Source: Octopus bimaculoides (Eukaryota). Taken from it: 41,433 nucleotides of DNA. The translations under genes were made by a program, and so were the position numbers. Location of the stretch: positions 41,364,758 through 41,406,190 of the forward strand of contig NC_068987.1 of assembly GCF_001194135.2 (NCBI RefSeq), in the 5' to 3' direction. Below are positions 23,210-34,864 of this stretch, one piece after another (the first letter of the stretch is position 1; every line of letters starts with the position of its first letter). Under the pieces are notes generated by a model. It saw only the letters and a list, made by a program, of their open reading frames with translations, ran no database searches and was not told where the DNA came from.

Positions 23210-24105
23210 GGATCTTTTCCCTTTGAACGGGCACATCGAGAAATTAATTTTTTTGTAACTAAATACTTTCAAACTTCGGACACTGGTAGAATGTATCATA
23301 TAAAACATCTTTTACTCTTAGTGATGTTGAGAAAAGTTTATATTTTCAAAGTTATTTCGTGTTAAAGTTGCCGTATTTCGGTAATTTCAACCAATCAATG
23401 ACGTGTATTCAGCTGAATAAAATTACTGCCGTTGTTTGTCAACAACTACTATCGGCGGTGTATATTTCGTTTGTCACTGTTATTTATAACATCGTTCGTG
23501 CGTTTTTATTGGTTTTAGCTTTGGGGTTCGGGTTCGGGTTTTAGAGTTAGGGTTAGGGATAGGGTTTTAGAGTTAGAGGTTGAGGTTTTAGGGTCAGGGT
23601 TAGGGTTTTAAAGTTAGGGTTAGGATTAAGGTTTTAGGGTAACAGTTAGGGTTAGAGTTACGGAAAAATGAAGAAATTAGAGAGGGAAGGTGCAAAAATG
23701 TCTTTCCGATAATAGCTGAAAAACAGGGGGAAAAAAACTAAAAGCAATAGAAATGCACGAACGATTGTGGTGGTGCCATGAAGTAAACAAGCTTCGTTTA
23801 TTCATACAAATGTAACTGAGATGAAATATGTCATAAATAACAGTGACACACAAAATATACACTGCCGGAAGTTGTTGTTGACAAACAACAGCAGTAATTT
23901 TATTCAGCTGAATACACGTCATTGATAGGTTGAAATTACTGAAATACAACTTTAACATGAAATAACTTAGAAAATATAAACTTTTCTGAACAGCACTAAG
24001 AGTAAATGATGTTTTATATGACACATTCTACCTGTGTCCAAAGTTTGAAAGTGTTTAGTTACAAAAAATTAATTTCTCGATGTGCCGTTCAAAGGAAAAA
24101 GATCC
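23210..24105. mobile_element. Mutator-like foldback element, 896 bp, ~280-310-bp TIRs, 8-bp TSD
   Basis: Termini GGATC...GATCC. GCTCATTT at 23202-23209 and 24106-24113. Arms 23210-23491 and 23829-24105. No ORF. Confidence 0.88.
23519..23663 (+). repeat. Degenerate (TTAGGG)n interstitial telomere-like tract
   Basis: TTAGGG units mixed with TTAGAG, TTCGGG and TCAGGG variants. Confidence 0.9.
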
Positions 24106-25201
24106 GCTCATTTGATCTTAAAATCTTCCAACAAATGAAATCTAAATGAGATTGAAATCTTTGCATATCGAGTAAATATATGAATTTTAAATGTAGATCA
24201 AAAAGTTGGTGTAGAGAACTAATGTAGATCACAAGCTATTCCAGAAACATACATGTAGATCACATACTACACTGGCACTGTGGAAGGTTTATGGATATGA
24301 TAGGAGATGGAGCACAATTAGTAATATTTACTGCATTTTTGACTTCGAGAAAAAATATTTTTTACAAAAACTATTTCAGCTATAGTCAATTTCATGGGAA
24401 AGGTAGTTATAAATGAAACATTTTCCAAGAATAGCAGATAACAGTAAACAAATGTTGACCAAAGCCATACTTGACCAAACTGCTTTATGGCTACTGGTGA
24501 TAATTTCTCAATTTGGTATTCCCATTTCTTGACCACTCCTTTAATTTCAAATTAGTATACATTATTAACAGCAAGAGAACTGTAACACATGTCCTAATAG
24601 GAACTTACAGAATTCAGCTTCATGTCATTGAAAGTTTCGTGCGAATATGATCAATATCAATGATGGGACATTTTTTTTTTTAAATATCATTTTATCTGTT
24701 AAACAGATTTTTATAATGTCCTTTCTTGAACATTCATTCCTAACTTTGTTATTATGCAGTATTTCTACAATAAAACATGTTATTGCTTCTACATTGGAAG
24801 GCAAATACATCTATGTTGCGCCTACTAGTACCAACGTGTTAAAAGCCATAACAGAGTATTATTGTGAAACTGGTCACCACATTTCATGCCGTTTCATATT
24901 ATGTTTGTATATGTCCCCAACTAAGAATACAAAAAAACATTTGAGTGGCAATCACATTTTTGTAAAGATTTGTTCTGGTTAAAAAATGTCCTTTCTTGAA
25001 TGGCTGTTTAACATATTGGTAAACCTATTATGACATGTTATCTAACATTTATATTGTATGTGGGATGGTATTTTGATAATATCAATACATGAATGATGTC
25101 TTTTTTTCTGTTTTTTGAGTTGTTTCCTAAACATCCTTAGGGTGTTCTTCATCCAAAATTAAGATTATCCAGGCATCACTCTTCTGCTGCCAGGAACACA
25201 G

Positions 25202-25594
25202 TGTAGTGACGCCTTAATAGCAGACGACATTTCCGGAAAGTTTATCCACGCATGTGCAGGGATTAGTTCCGGAAGGAATACAGAAAGAGTCTCATGCGCA
25301 TGCGTAGTCATCGATATCCAAATGTTCCCGCTTCTTTCACCCTCTTTCTCGCTGGCCGGCGAAGGGCCTGGACGTCATAGCAGCCTCTCTCCAACATTCC
25401 AACTCTGGAGCTAGACAAATAACCACGCAACATCATTGACGGCGTCTCAGTAACCAAAAGGCGAAGTGCTGCCAAATTCTATTGTAATAAATATTGTTGT
25501 GTTGATAGTTCAGAATCTGCATTCCGTTGTTTCTTCAAGAAATTTAATGTACGGAAGCGGAGTACACCTAATGGTGTATAACCACTTCCCTACA
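25202..25594 (+). mobile_element. Solo LTR (393 bp), probably Gypsy
   Basis: TGTAG...CTACA termini, ACAG TSD (25198-25201 / 25595-25598) and AATAAA at 25486. Homolog at 41121. Confidence 0.85.
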
Positions 25595-25714
25595 ACAGCA
25601 TTGCTTGGTTGGAATATTTTTGCTTAAATATATATGTATCTTATTGGAATGAGTTTTTAGAAAGGCATAGTTCATCTACAACAATTGTTATTGGTATTCA
25701 CAAGGTTGCCAATA

Positions 25715-28700
25715 AATCTTGGTCTCTTCGTTCAGGAAAGGACATTTTTTAACATCCACAAATAATTAAGAATATCAGTGATTCTGTGTACATATGCGTG
25801 CATTAAAGTATGCTTCTGGCACATACTATATACATTTTCTTATTCTGTATTTTTCAGACCTTGGCTGTAGACCTGTGTGTGAAACTAACTAGCTGCTTAC
25901 TATCTTACTCATCTGTGTACTCACTTCTGCATGTTTTGCTTCATTTCTGCATTATATATGTACATAATAACTCCTGCTTCTTCCTCACATCTGTTATTGT
26001 ATTCTCCCTCACATCTGTGTTGCTGATGGTGTTATTCTCCAGCTGTATGAGAGACTGATACAAGAGACTAATATAAGAGACTAAAGCCAAACTGAAGATT
26101 GATCATCTTGCTATTTCATTTGATTGGAAAACATCCAGACTTTGCCAGAGGAAGTTGCCTCCAGAAACAGAGAAAAGTAGTTCACAGAAAGTAGACACTT
26201 TGTGTCATACCTCTAGCTATGTCAAGAACTTAGCAAAAACAAATCCCCAAAAATGGGCTGTGTACAAAGACAAGGAAAAGACCCACAAACACAAGAGTTT
26301 ATTACCAATAACAGAGCAGACAAAAGAGAAACCAGAAGAACAGAGAGCCAAATGGGCAGCAATGAAGAGAAAAAGGAGACAGAATGATAATGAACACAAA
26401 GAAAGGCCCAATAAGAAAAGGTTCAAAGACATGGATCCTGAGGAAAAGAAACAATATTTTAGAAACAAAATGGCCTAAAGATGACAAGCATGATCTAGAC
26501 AAAGAAAACTGACTGATAACTTAAAAGATGCAAAAAGACAAGCAAAATGACATCACAGTCGCAAGGAAAGTTCCAGAAGACAAGCCATGATAGGAATGGG
26601 ACACAGATAAGACCAAGTATTACAGGAAAAAATCTGAAATAAAGAAACAGTTGTCAGAAACTCCTAAATCATATGCTAAGTGTCTAAAAAATCTCATCAA
26701 TACAGCCTCATCCAGTCAGAAAAAGGAAATTGAAGAGCAGTGTGCAACGGCAACACCAAATGTCAGTATTCCATGCCGCAAAGATCTGAACAAAATTTTC
26801 TCAAGACAGTTGAAAAATCAAAGAAGGTGTACAACAGATCAGGAAAAAAAAACCAACTGACTCCCACAGAAATTTACTAAGACAGCTTTCTGCCATTACT
26901 GGAAAATACAGGCATGTCCTTGGCATTTTGTGGAGGTTTGATCACAAAAATGCACACAAGAAAAACATCAAAAGGTCTATAAAGAGAGGTGATCGGGTAT
27001 TAACTGAAACACTAATCAGTTTGGTACATTGACATGTCTCAAGAACTCTCCCTCAGGAAACATGTGAAAAAGCAAACCCCAACCTTTTTATTGGAGACCT
27101 CATTTCTGCAGCCTTTCAAGCAATTCAAGGAAAAGTATCCACAAATTAAGGTTGGTTATGTCAACTTCATCAAAAGCAAACCAAGAAATGTCGGGCACAT
27201 GAGAGCCATGGAGCGAGCAGTCTGTTGCTGTATCAAATGTGAGAAATTGGAACATTCTGTGAGAGGTCAATGAAGTTTCAAACTTCACACTGTCCCAACG
27301 AAACCAGAACTCAGGATTGTATTTTTCGCAAATGTGACAGCTGTGGACCAACCCTGATCACTTGACATTTCAGTTCCTACCTGGAGAAGTGAAGGTCAAC
27401 AGATGGTAGCATGTGACAAAAAACAAACAAAAAGAAAATGGTGATGTTACCTACACCAGAACTGAGTTGGTCCCAAAACAAATGAAATTTGTTGATCTGG
27501 TTAACACGATTGAAAGTGACACAAAGCCCATCACCAGTCATTTATACAGAGCAAGGCATCAGCAGCAACACCTACAACTTTGCAAGCATGATATGCCACC
27601 AAATTCAGCTATCTTAATCATGGACTATGTTGAGAATTATGCCTGTACCGCTTAGGATGAAATACAAAGTGTGCACTGGTCCAATGATGCAGTTATGATC
27701 CACCTGGTTATGGGATTTGTCAATGTGAGGTCGACCAGAGGCCCATTCACTCACAAGCAAGGGATTGTCTTCATCAGCAATGACTTGAAGCATGATGCAG
27801 ATGGTGTGGCACATTATCTTGATATGTTGTACACCTATCTGCAACAAACACATCCAGGTCTTGAACACTTAGAACAATATTCAGATGGCTGTGCCTGCCA
27901 GTACAGATGTGCCAGAAGTTTCCATGACCTTTCTGAACATGCATGTAAACACAAAATCACAATCACACACAATTATTTTGAAAGCTGTCATAGAAAATCC
28001 TCTGCTGATGGATTGGGTGCAGTGATCAAGTACGATGCTTCCTTGGCTGTTACTCGATGACAAACCATTATCAGGAATGCAAAGGATCTCTTCCTGTTTT
28101 GCGAAGACAAACTGAAGGTACCTGGGAAAAAATGTTACCAGCAATTCAGCAAAAGAAAAGTACCAGAATAGTTCTCGTAAGTTCTTCTACATGGCTAAGA
28201 AAGATGTGGCAAGGAACCGTGAAAAAGGCAAAACTATTCCAGGAACTTTGAAGGTTCATTCTGTTTCGGCAAATATTAACCATGACGTCTTCGCGAGTGA
28301 CCTGTCGTGTGACTGCCCTGAATGGTGGAATATATCAACAACTAGCACCTGCAAAAACAAGGCTGATGGATCCTACATCATCAATTGAAATACTGTAGTA
28401 TTATAATTACTCATTCCCTATATTGTATGAATTCAATTTCTGTGTAGTAAATACCTTAAACAGTATCAGCTCATGATGGTACTATGAATTGTTATCCTTG
28501 CTGTGACATTGATGTCCCTGTGAACCTGACTTGTACAAGTGATGGGCTTCCCCAACCATGCCAACATTGATCATCAGCAGCAGATGATACCATACATGCA
28601 CCTTGTAGCCTTAATATACATGCATGTAACATACTTTGTTTTGATTAATGAACATGACTTATTACAGGTATTGACTGTGTGGCAGCTGTTATTATTATGT

Positions 28701-29900
28701 GGTATTTAATTTAAGCTATCCTCTAATCACTGTAGTATCAGTTTTGTGTAGCAGTACTTTAGTAGTATTCTGAGTACTCCTGCTTATTACTTTCTCTTTT
28801 TGGTGTGCTGGTTTTATGATATCAGTATGCTTCTTTCTTATCAACAACCCCAGCTGATATTCTTGGTAATCATGGTGATGTTGAAAAACAAATCACATAA
28901 TAAACAACAGCTGGACATATGTATATCACTCAACAATTTTGAGCAAAAGCTTTCTTACCAAGGATGGAAAGTCAATGGCTTTACACCTAATGACAAAAAT
29001 TGCTTGAAATATAACTATATTATTATCCTAAAGTTCCTGAGTTTACATGGTGTATGCACAATGTTTATTTGATCTAAAATCAGATCAAATGTTTAATTTG
29101 TTCACTGATCGTGGCTGTTAAAAATTGTGTCCTTTCCTGAACATCTTTGTTGGGCATTCAAATACACTGTAGTTTTGAGGGAATCTGTATGAAATTGACC
29201 AAACAAACTGGTCCTTCTTTCATTTATATTATAATTAACCAGTTTTATGTTTTAAAAAGTATAATAGAATTGTATTATGCATTATTATGTGACATTGTTT
29301 GGGATATGAAGCTTCTTAAAGTTGGTCATGCATTATTGAAGCTGTAAGATTCGTGAAAACATGACACGAAAGTGATTGAAGTTGATCAAATTGATGAGAA
29401 AGATTATATTGAATAAAACAAAGTATATGGATGAACAAAAATGCTCTTTGGTGTACCTTTAAAAAACTTTCTAAAGTTGTAAAATGTTTGTCCTTTCCTG
29501 AACACTGTTAGGTTGTGACCGGGGAGAGCCAAAAACACTAGTTTTGAGAGGATATGGATAAATTTGACAAAACAAACCAATGTTTCACTGATCTATAACA
29601 TAGTTAAGTAGTTTTCAGCCTATTAAGGCATTTTAACATTGTGTTTACATCAGTACATGACATTATTTGGAAAATAAAGCATTTTTTTTATCAGTGATGC
29701 ATAACTGAAGCTGTGAAATATGTTAAAAGATTGTATGAAACTAACTGAAGTTGATAAAATTTATGAAATGTCTTTCTTTGGAAAAAATAATGTATAATAT
29801 GAACAATATTGATCTTTGGTATATTTCCAAATAAAAGCATATTAAAATGTTAAATTTTTGTCCTTTCCTGAACATGACAAACCAAAGATTCATGCATGGT
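25715..29900 (+). mobile_element. Sola-superfamily (Sola2-like) DNA transposon, decayed
   Basis: Transposase remnants inside. Subterminal motif TGTCCTTTCCTGAACA is inverted at 25730-25744 and direct at 29128, 29489 and 29859. Exact ends and TSD not resolved; the subgroup is recalled from motifs. Confidence 0.6.
26155..28388 (+). pseudogene. DDD transposase pseudogene (Sola2-like)
   Basis: MDYVENY, QSVHW, FISNDLKHD, YSDGCACQY and FESCHRKSSADGLGAVIK segments, plus C-terminal HSV..LSCDC..C. Many stops. Confidence 0.75.
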
Positions 29901-31250
29901 CAAATTGAATGTGCATAATTTTTCAGACCTTACTAGACAAGACCTAAATTTTGAAAATCAGGACATTATTATGAGATATTACATCATTTGATTTTGCACC
30001 CAAGTGAGACTCCAGCATCACCTTTCTCATGAAACTAACCCTAAGTAAATTACCTTCTTTAAATACATTAAAAACATTATAACATGATCTGCGCACTATT
30101 TCAGAAAATTATCACCACTCTCTTTGAGTATATAAAGGACAAATTTAGATGGGGAAAACGAATAAGCCAATCACATTTGAAAACAGATGCATGCACATCA
30201 ATATCCATCACTAGACATCAGAAAGGTCAGAGATAAAAAAAAAAAGCAACAAAATTTAAATATCTAGAACATGAAAGAGGATCATGGAAAAAAAATGGCA
30301 CATAATATGAAATTAACGAAACACGACTAAATAAAACAATAGTCAACATAAAATATTCTCTATAGCTTCTTCATGACCTGCTGGAGTATCTCTCTTGTTG
30401 AAATTAGTCATTACTCATTTTACTCCATTTTAGACAATTTTTGAAACTTGAAATTATCAAATTAGACATTAGTGTGGGAGGAAATTGACTTGGAATCCAA
30501 CATAGAAAATAATTTTGATTGTTTAACACCAAAAATTATCCAGACATTTTATTGGCAGCCTCAATTACAATTGGGTCGACTTTGAAGAAAACTTTTTTAG
30601 ATAAAATGTACCTGTCAGCTGACTTTCAAACTCTCGCAACTTTAACAACGACAATGATGACCAATTTTTACTCCTAAAGATGATGCAACTGTACAAAATG
30701 ATGATGTAATAGTTTAAAACATGTAGAAAGAAAACAAAAACAAAAAAGAATCAGAAATTACTCATTTTGCCTCACCTATAAATGTCACTAGATAAATAGA
30801 CAACCAGAGAGACAGGTCAATAACTATCAGGTTGAGTAAAAAGTAAGCAACGTTTTGAACCATGAAGAATTTGTACCAGGTTTTTGCAGTTTTGAATTTT
30901 TTAAAACATTTTTTTTTTTGCAATTGTCTGATAATACAGACATAGACTTGCCTAAATGCATCAATAAATTAGCATTGATATTTTTTTCACCGTTGTTACA
31001 CTCATCTTGGACCAACTTGTTTGTGAATGTTGTTTGTGCATTGTTTGAAATGTTTGGCATAACTTTGTAATATTTGTGGATATTTTGTTGAATTTACACT
31101 GTTGGATTGTTACATGGTTAAACTTTTGTTTAGTGTTTTTTGTAAAACACCCTATTTTTCTGTTTGAGGCAGTCTTTTGTTAACGTTTTCCCCCTTGTTT
31201 GAAGGGGGAAAATATTGTTATATTTTGTGGAAAAAAAAACACAAAAAAAA

Positions 31251-32200
31251 ATGGATAAATTGCCAATTAAATTGTCAAAATCTGGTAATGAACCTGGTGC
31301 AAGTTCTTGGAAGAGTGCCAAAAGCACAGAAAACAGCACAGCATTGATAAACATGCCAGCTGAAGAAGATTTTATGCAGGGGAAAAACAGGAAACAATTT
31401 TGCAGCATCAGGCCACTACTTCAAAAAAGTTAATTAACTGCAGAAGTGACGAGTTAGGAAAATATAAAGAAATGATAAAAAGGGAGGGGAGCGAAACTGT
31501 GATTACCCCTCCTAGTGAAACCATTCATATTGCACTACAGTGCACAGTCATTTACAAATCATTTGTTGTAAAAGCAAAAAACATTGGACAACGCGAGTAA
31601 GGAGGTGGTGGAGCTGTGCCTCCATCCAGTTTGGAATGACATGGCATACATCACAAGAGGAGTGAAGTATGTCACAATAGAAGTCTGATTTAAAATGGAA
31701 GAAAGGGTGAAACAAGCATCAACGACACCATTAAAAACAGCAGAGGTGGTACTCCTACCTATTTATCTTGGAAGGCAGACTTCCAAGATTAAGATAGGAG
31801 ACATCCCACCTGAAGTAGACCCTGCTTAGCTGGTAGCAGCCATAATAAATGGCTTGGAGGATAAAATCACAGTCCTCCAAGCCCAAGCCCTGGAATTGCA
31901 AAATTGGCAGGGGCAAGAGCTCGAGGTGATTATGCAAGCAGCCCCTGCCAATTAAGAAAACATCAGAGATTCTATACAGGTGGCAGAGACTAAGCTGAGA
32001 GTCATGGTAGAGGGGAGGAAGCCTCGTTGCTACAAGTGTAGCCAAGAAGGCCGCATTAGGGCTGAGTGCCAACTTCCCCCTGAAAAAGCAGCGATTCCCC
32101 CACCCATTAAAAAACAAAAGGAAAAAGAAAACATGAAGAAACATCTGAAAATGAAACAGAGGAAGAGGAAGAGGAAATGGAAGGAGCCAAAGGCGAAGGG
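31251..32200 (+). pseudogene. Orphan LINE ORF1-like fragment with a degenerate CCHC knuckle
   Basis: VEGRKPRCYKCSQEGRIRAEC (32028-32069, H>R) preceded by an RRM-like region (KIKIGDIPPEVD). Stops present; no ORF2 follows. Confidence 0.55.
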
Positions 32201-32529
32201 TGGGAGATATTCTCCAGAAAAAAAAGGAAATGACACTCCCCATCCAACCCCACTAGCCCTACTACAAGACAAAAGAAAACCAACCAACAGAACACACAAA
32301 CACCAAAAATTTCCATCCCAAAATGCCCCCCCCCCCCCATCTAGACATGGATTATACTGCAGTAGTAATAACTAACAAGTCACTACTGCAGCAATTGAAA
32401 GACGTGCCCAATATGGCCAACATCACAAAAAACTTTGAGGGTAAAACATCCCCTAAAATATTGCAATTTATAAGATAGTCAGGGTTAACTATAATAGGTT
32501 AGCAAACCGATTGAAAAATGACATAGGCC

Positions 32530-34862
32530 CTCTGAGGAAAGACTATTCCCCACTAATGTTTGAGGGCTTAGTCATTTTAACCCAACCCCTACCAATGAAA
32601 AAATACGCCATATTGAAGGTTAGGCTAGTGGATACATTCCAACGCAGTGAAACAGAAGCGGCAGCCAAGATACTGGAGGAGGAATTAGGCGATTCCAAGC
32701 CTTCGGAACTGATGGACAAGATGTTGGCATTAGTCCACCCCAGTGAGTCACCTTCCTTTTTGTTTAAGGAAATATTTCTCCACAAGCTGCCACCCTGGGT
32801 CCAGGCTCTCATAACTCAGACAGAAATCAAGGACCTGCAGCAATTAGCAAAAGCAGCTGACAAACATTTTTTATCCAGTGGTGTCATGGTCAACACCATA
32901 GGGTCGGCCCCGAGACACGGTAGGGCTAAGCATGATGACCTGTGCTTCTACCACGCAAAGTTCGGAAAAAAGGCGACAAAGTACAAACAACCATGTAGCT
33001 TCGGGACCCCTTCACCAATGATCCAGGGAAACTCCAGGGCTGGCTGCCTTTTGAATGCCCTGGTGGCTGGCACACATGACCAAATGCTCCTCTATGTCCG
33101 CGATCGCAACTCCGGATGCAGGTTCCTAATCGACACAGGAGCAGAAGTCAGCATGATCCCGGCGTCGGCAAGGGACCTCCATCATGGAAAGCGGAGCCAA
33201 CCTTTAACAGCCGCCAACAGGTCCACAATCAAGGCATATGGTCATCGCACACTTTCTCTCAATATCGGCTCTCAAAAATACACATGGGCATTCACCATCG
33301 CCGATGTCCATCAGCCCATAATCGGTGCAGACTTTCTTCGAGCACACTTGCTGCTGGTTGATTTGCGGGGAAGACGACTCCTCGACAACAACACATATGC
33401 TTTCGTGCCTCTTGCAACATTTGCACATGCTGCCCCCTACATAGCAGCCATCTTGCAGACCAAGAACGAATTTCGGATCTTCTTGTAAGTCGCCCCAATC
33501 TCACCACTCCGACATTCTCCAAACCAACAGCCCGCCACAGGGTGACACACCACATCTCCACCATCGCCCCCCAAGTACCCACCGTGCACATCGTCTATCA
33601 CCAGACAAACTTGCAATCGCAAAGGCCGAGTTCAACAATATGGAGGCATTGGGCATAGTTCGCTAATCAAGCAGTCCCTGGTCATATGGCCCCCAAATCC
33701 AATGGAGGTTATTGACCATGTGGAGATTACCGCCATCTCAATGCGGGTACGACACCTGACCGCTACCCCATTCCAAACATACTAGATTTTTCAGCCCAGC
33801 TAGCTGGGTGCTCGGTTTCCTCCAAGGTTGACCTCATCTGGGGATACCACCAAATACCAGTACGACGATGTACCGTAAACCGCTGTGATCACTCCTTTCA
33901 GTCTGTACGAATTCCTACGTACACTCTTTGGGCTGAAGTATGCAGCACAATCCTTCCAGCGCCTGATGGACACTGTGTGCAGAGGTCTCGATTTTGCTTT
34001 GCATACCTAGATGATATTCTTATTGCAAGCCCAAATGCAGAGCTACATGAGAAGCACCTAGTGACTCTTTTTGATAGGCTGGAACAGTGCGTTTTCGGTG
34101 CAACAGAAATCGACTTCTTGGGACATTGAATCACAGGTGCCGGCGCTACATCCCTGCCAGAAAAAGTAAAAGCTATCTTATCCTTTCCACACCCCACCAC
34201 AAGCAAGGCTCTACATCAATTCGTGGGCATGGTAAACTTTTACCATTGCTTCATCCCTTCTGCAGCAAAATTGATGGGACCCCTATACAAGACACTGTCA
34301 AAAGAGGGTTCAAAAAGACAGGTGGAGTGGGATAGTACAGTGACTTCAGCCTTTGAATCCACAAAACAAGCCCTGGCCCAAGCAACCATGCTGTCCCATC
34401 CTCATATATCAGCTTGGACTGCACTCACAGTTGACACATCTGACACAGCCATTGTGTGAGTTTTGGAACAACACATCAACAGTCAGTTGTGACTGCTCGC
34501 CTTCTTCAGCCGACAACTACGACTCCCTGAACAGAAATACAGTGCTTTTGACAGGGAACTACTGGCTGTCCATCTAGGTGTCTGCCACTTTCGCTATTTC
34601 CTTGAAAGCCTCACATTTACAGTATTCGCGGATCACAAACCACTCACCTTCACTATGAGCAAGCTCTCGGAGCCTTGGTCTGCACGCCAGCAATGACAGC
34701 TATCGGCAGTTTCTGAGTACACCACCGACATCCGACACATAGCCGGCAAGGGCAACCCAGTTGCCGATGCCCTCTCTTGTGCTCCTACCCACTCTCACAC
34801 CTACCTAGCACCATTAACGGAAGGCTTGGATTAAGAAGCTATGGCTGCAACCCTACAGATAG
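32530..34862 (+). mobile_element. Ty3/Gypsy (CsRn1-like) internal region: partial gag, protease, RT, RNase H; no integrase or flanking LTR
   Basis: Gag C-X2-H-X9-(C>Y)-X3-C motif (CFYHAKFGKKATKYKQPC), protease LIDTGAEVS, RT DYRHLN / YPIP / YLDDIL, RNase H YSAFDRELLA and ADHKPL. Confidence 0.92.
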
Positions 34863-34864
34863 AT

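Noticed and set aside
29128-29874. CRISPR-like array from regularly spaced 16-bp repeats; likewise the SINE cluster
   Set aside because: Eukaryotic context, spacers of ~350 bp that are homologous to each other, and no cas genes.
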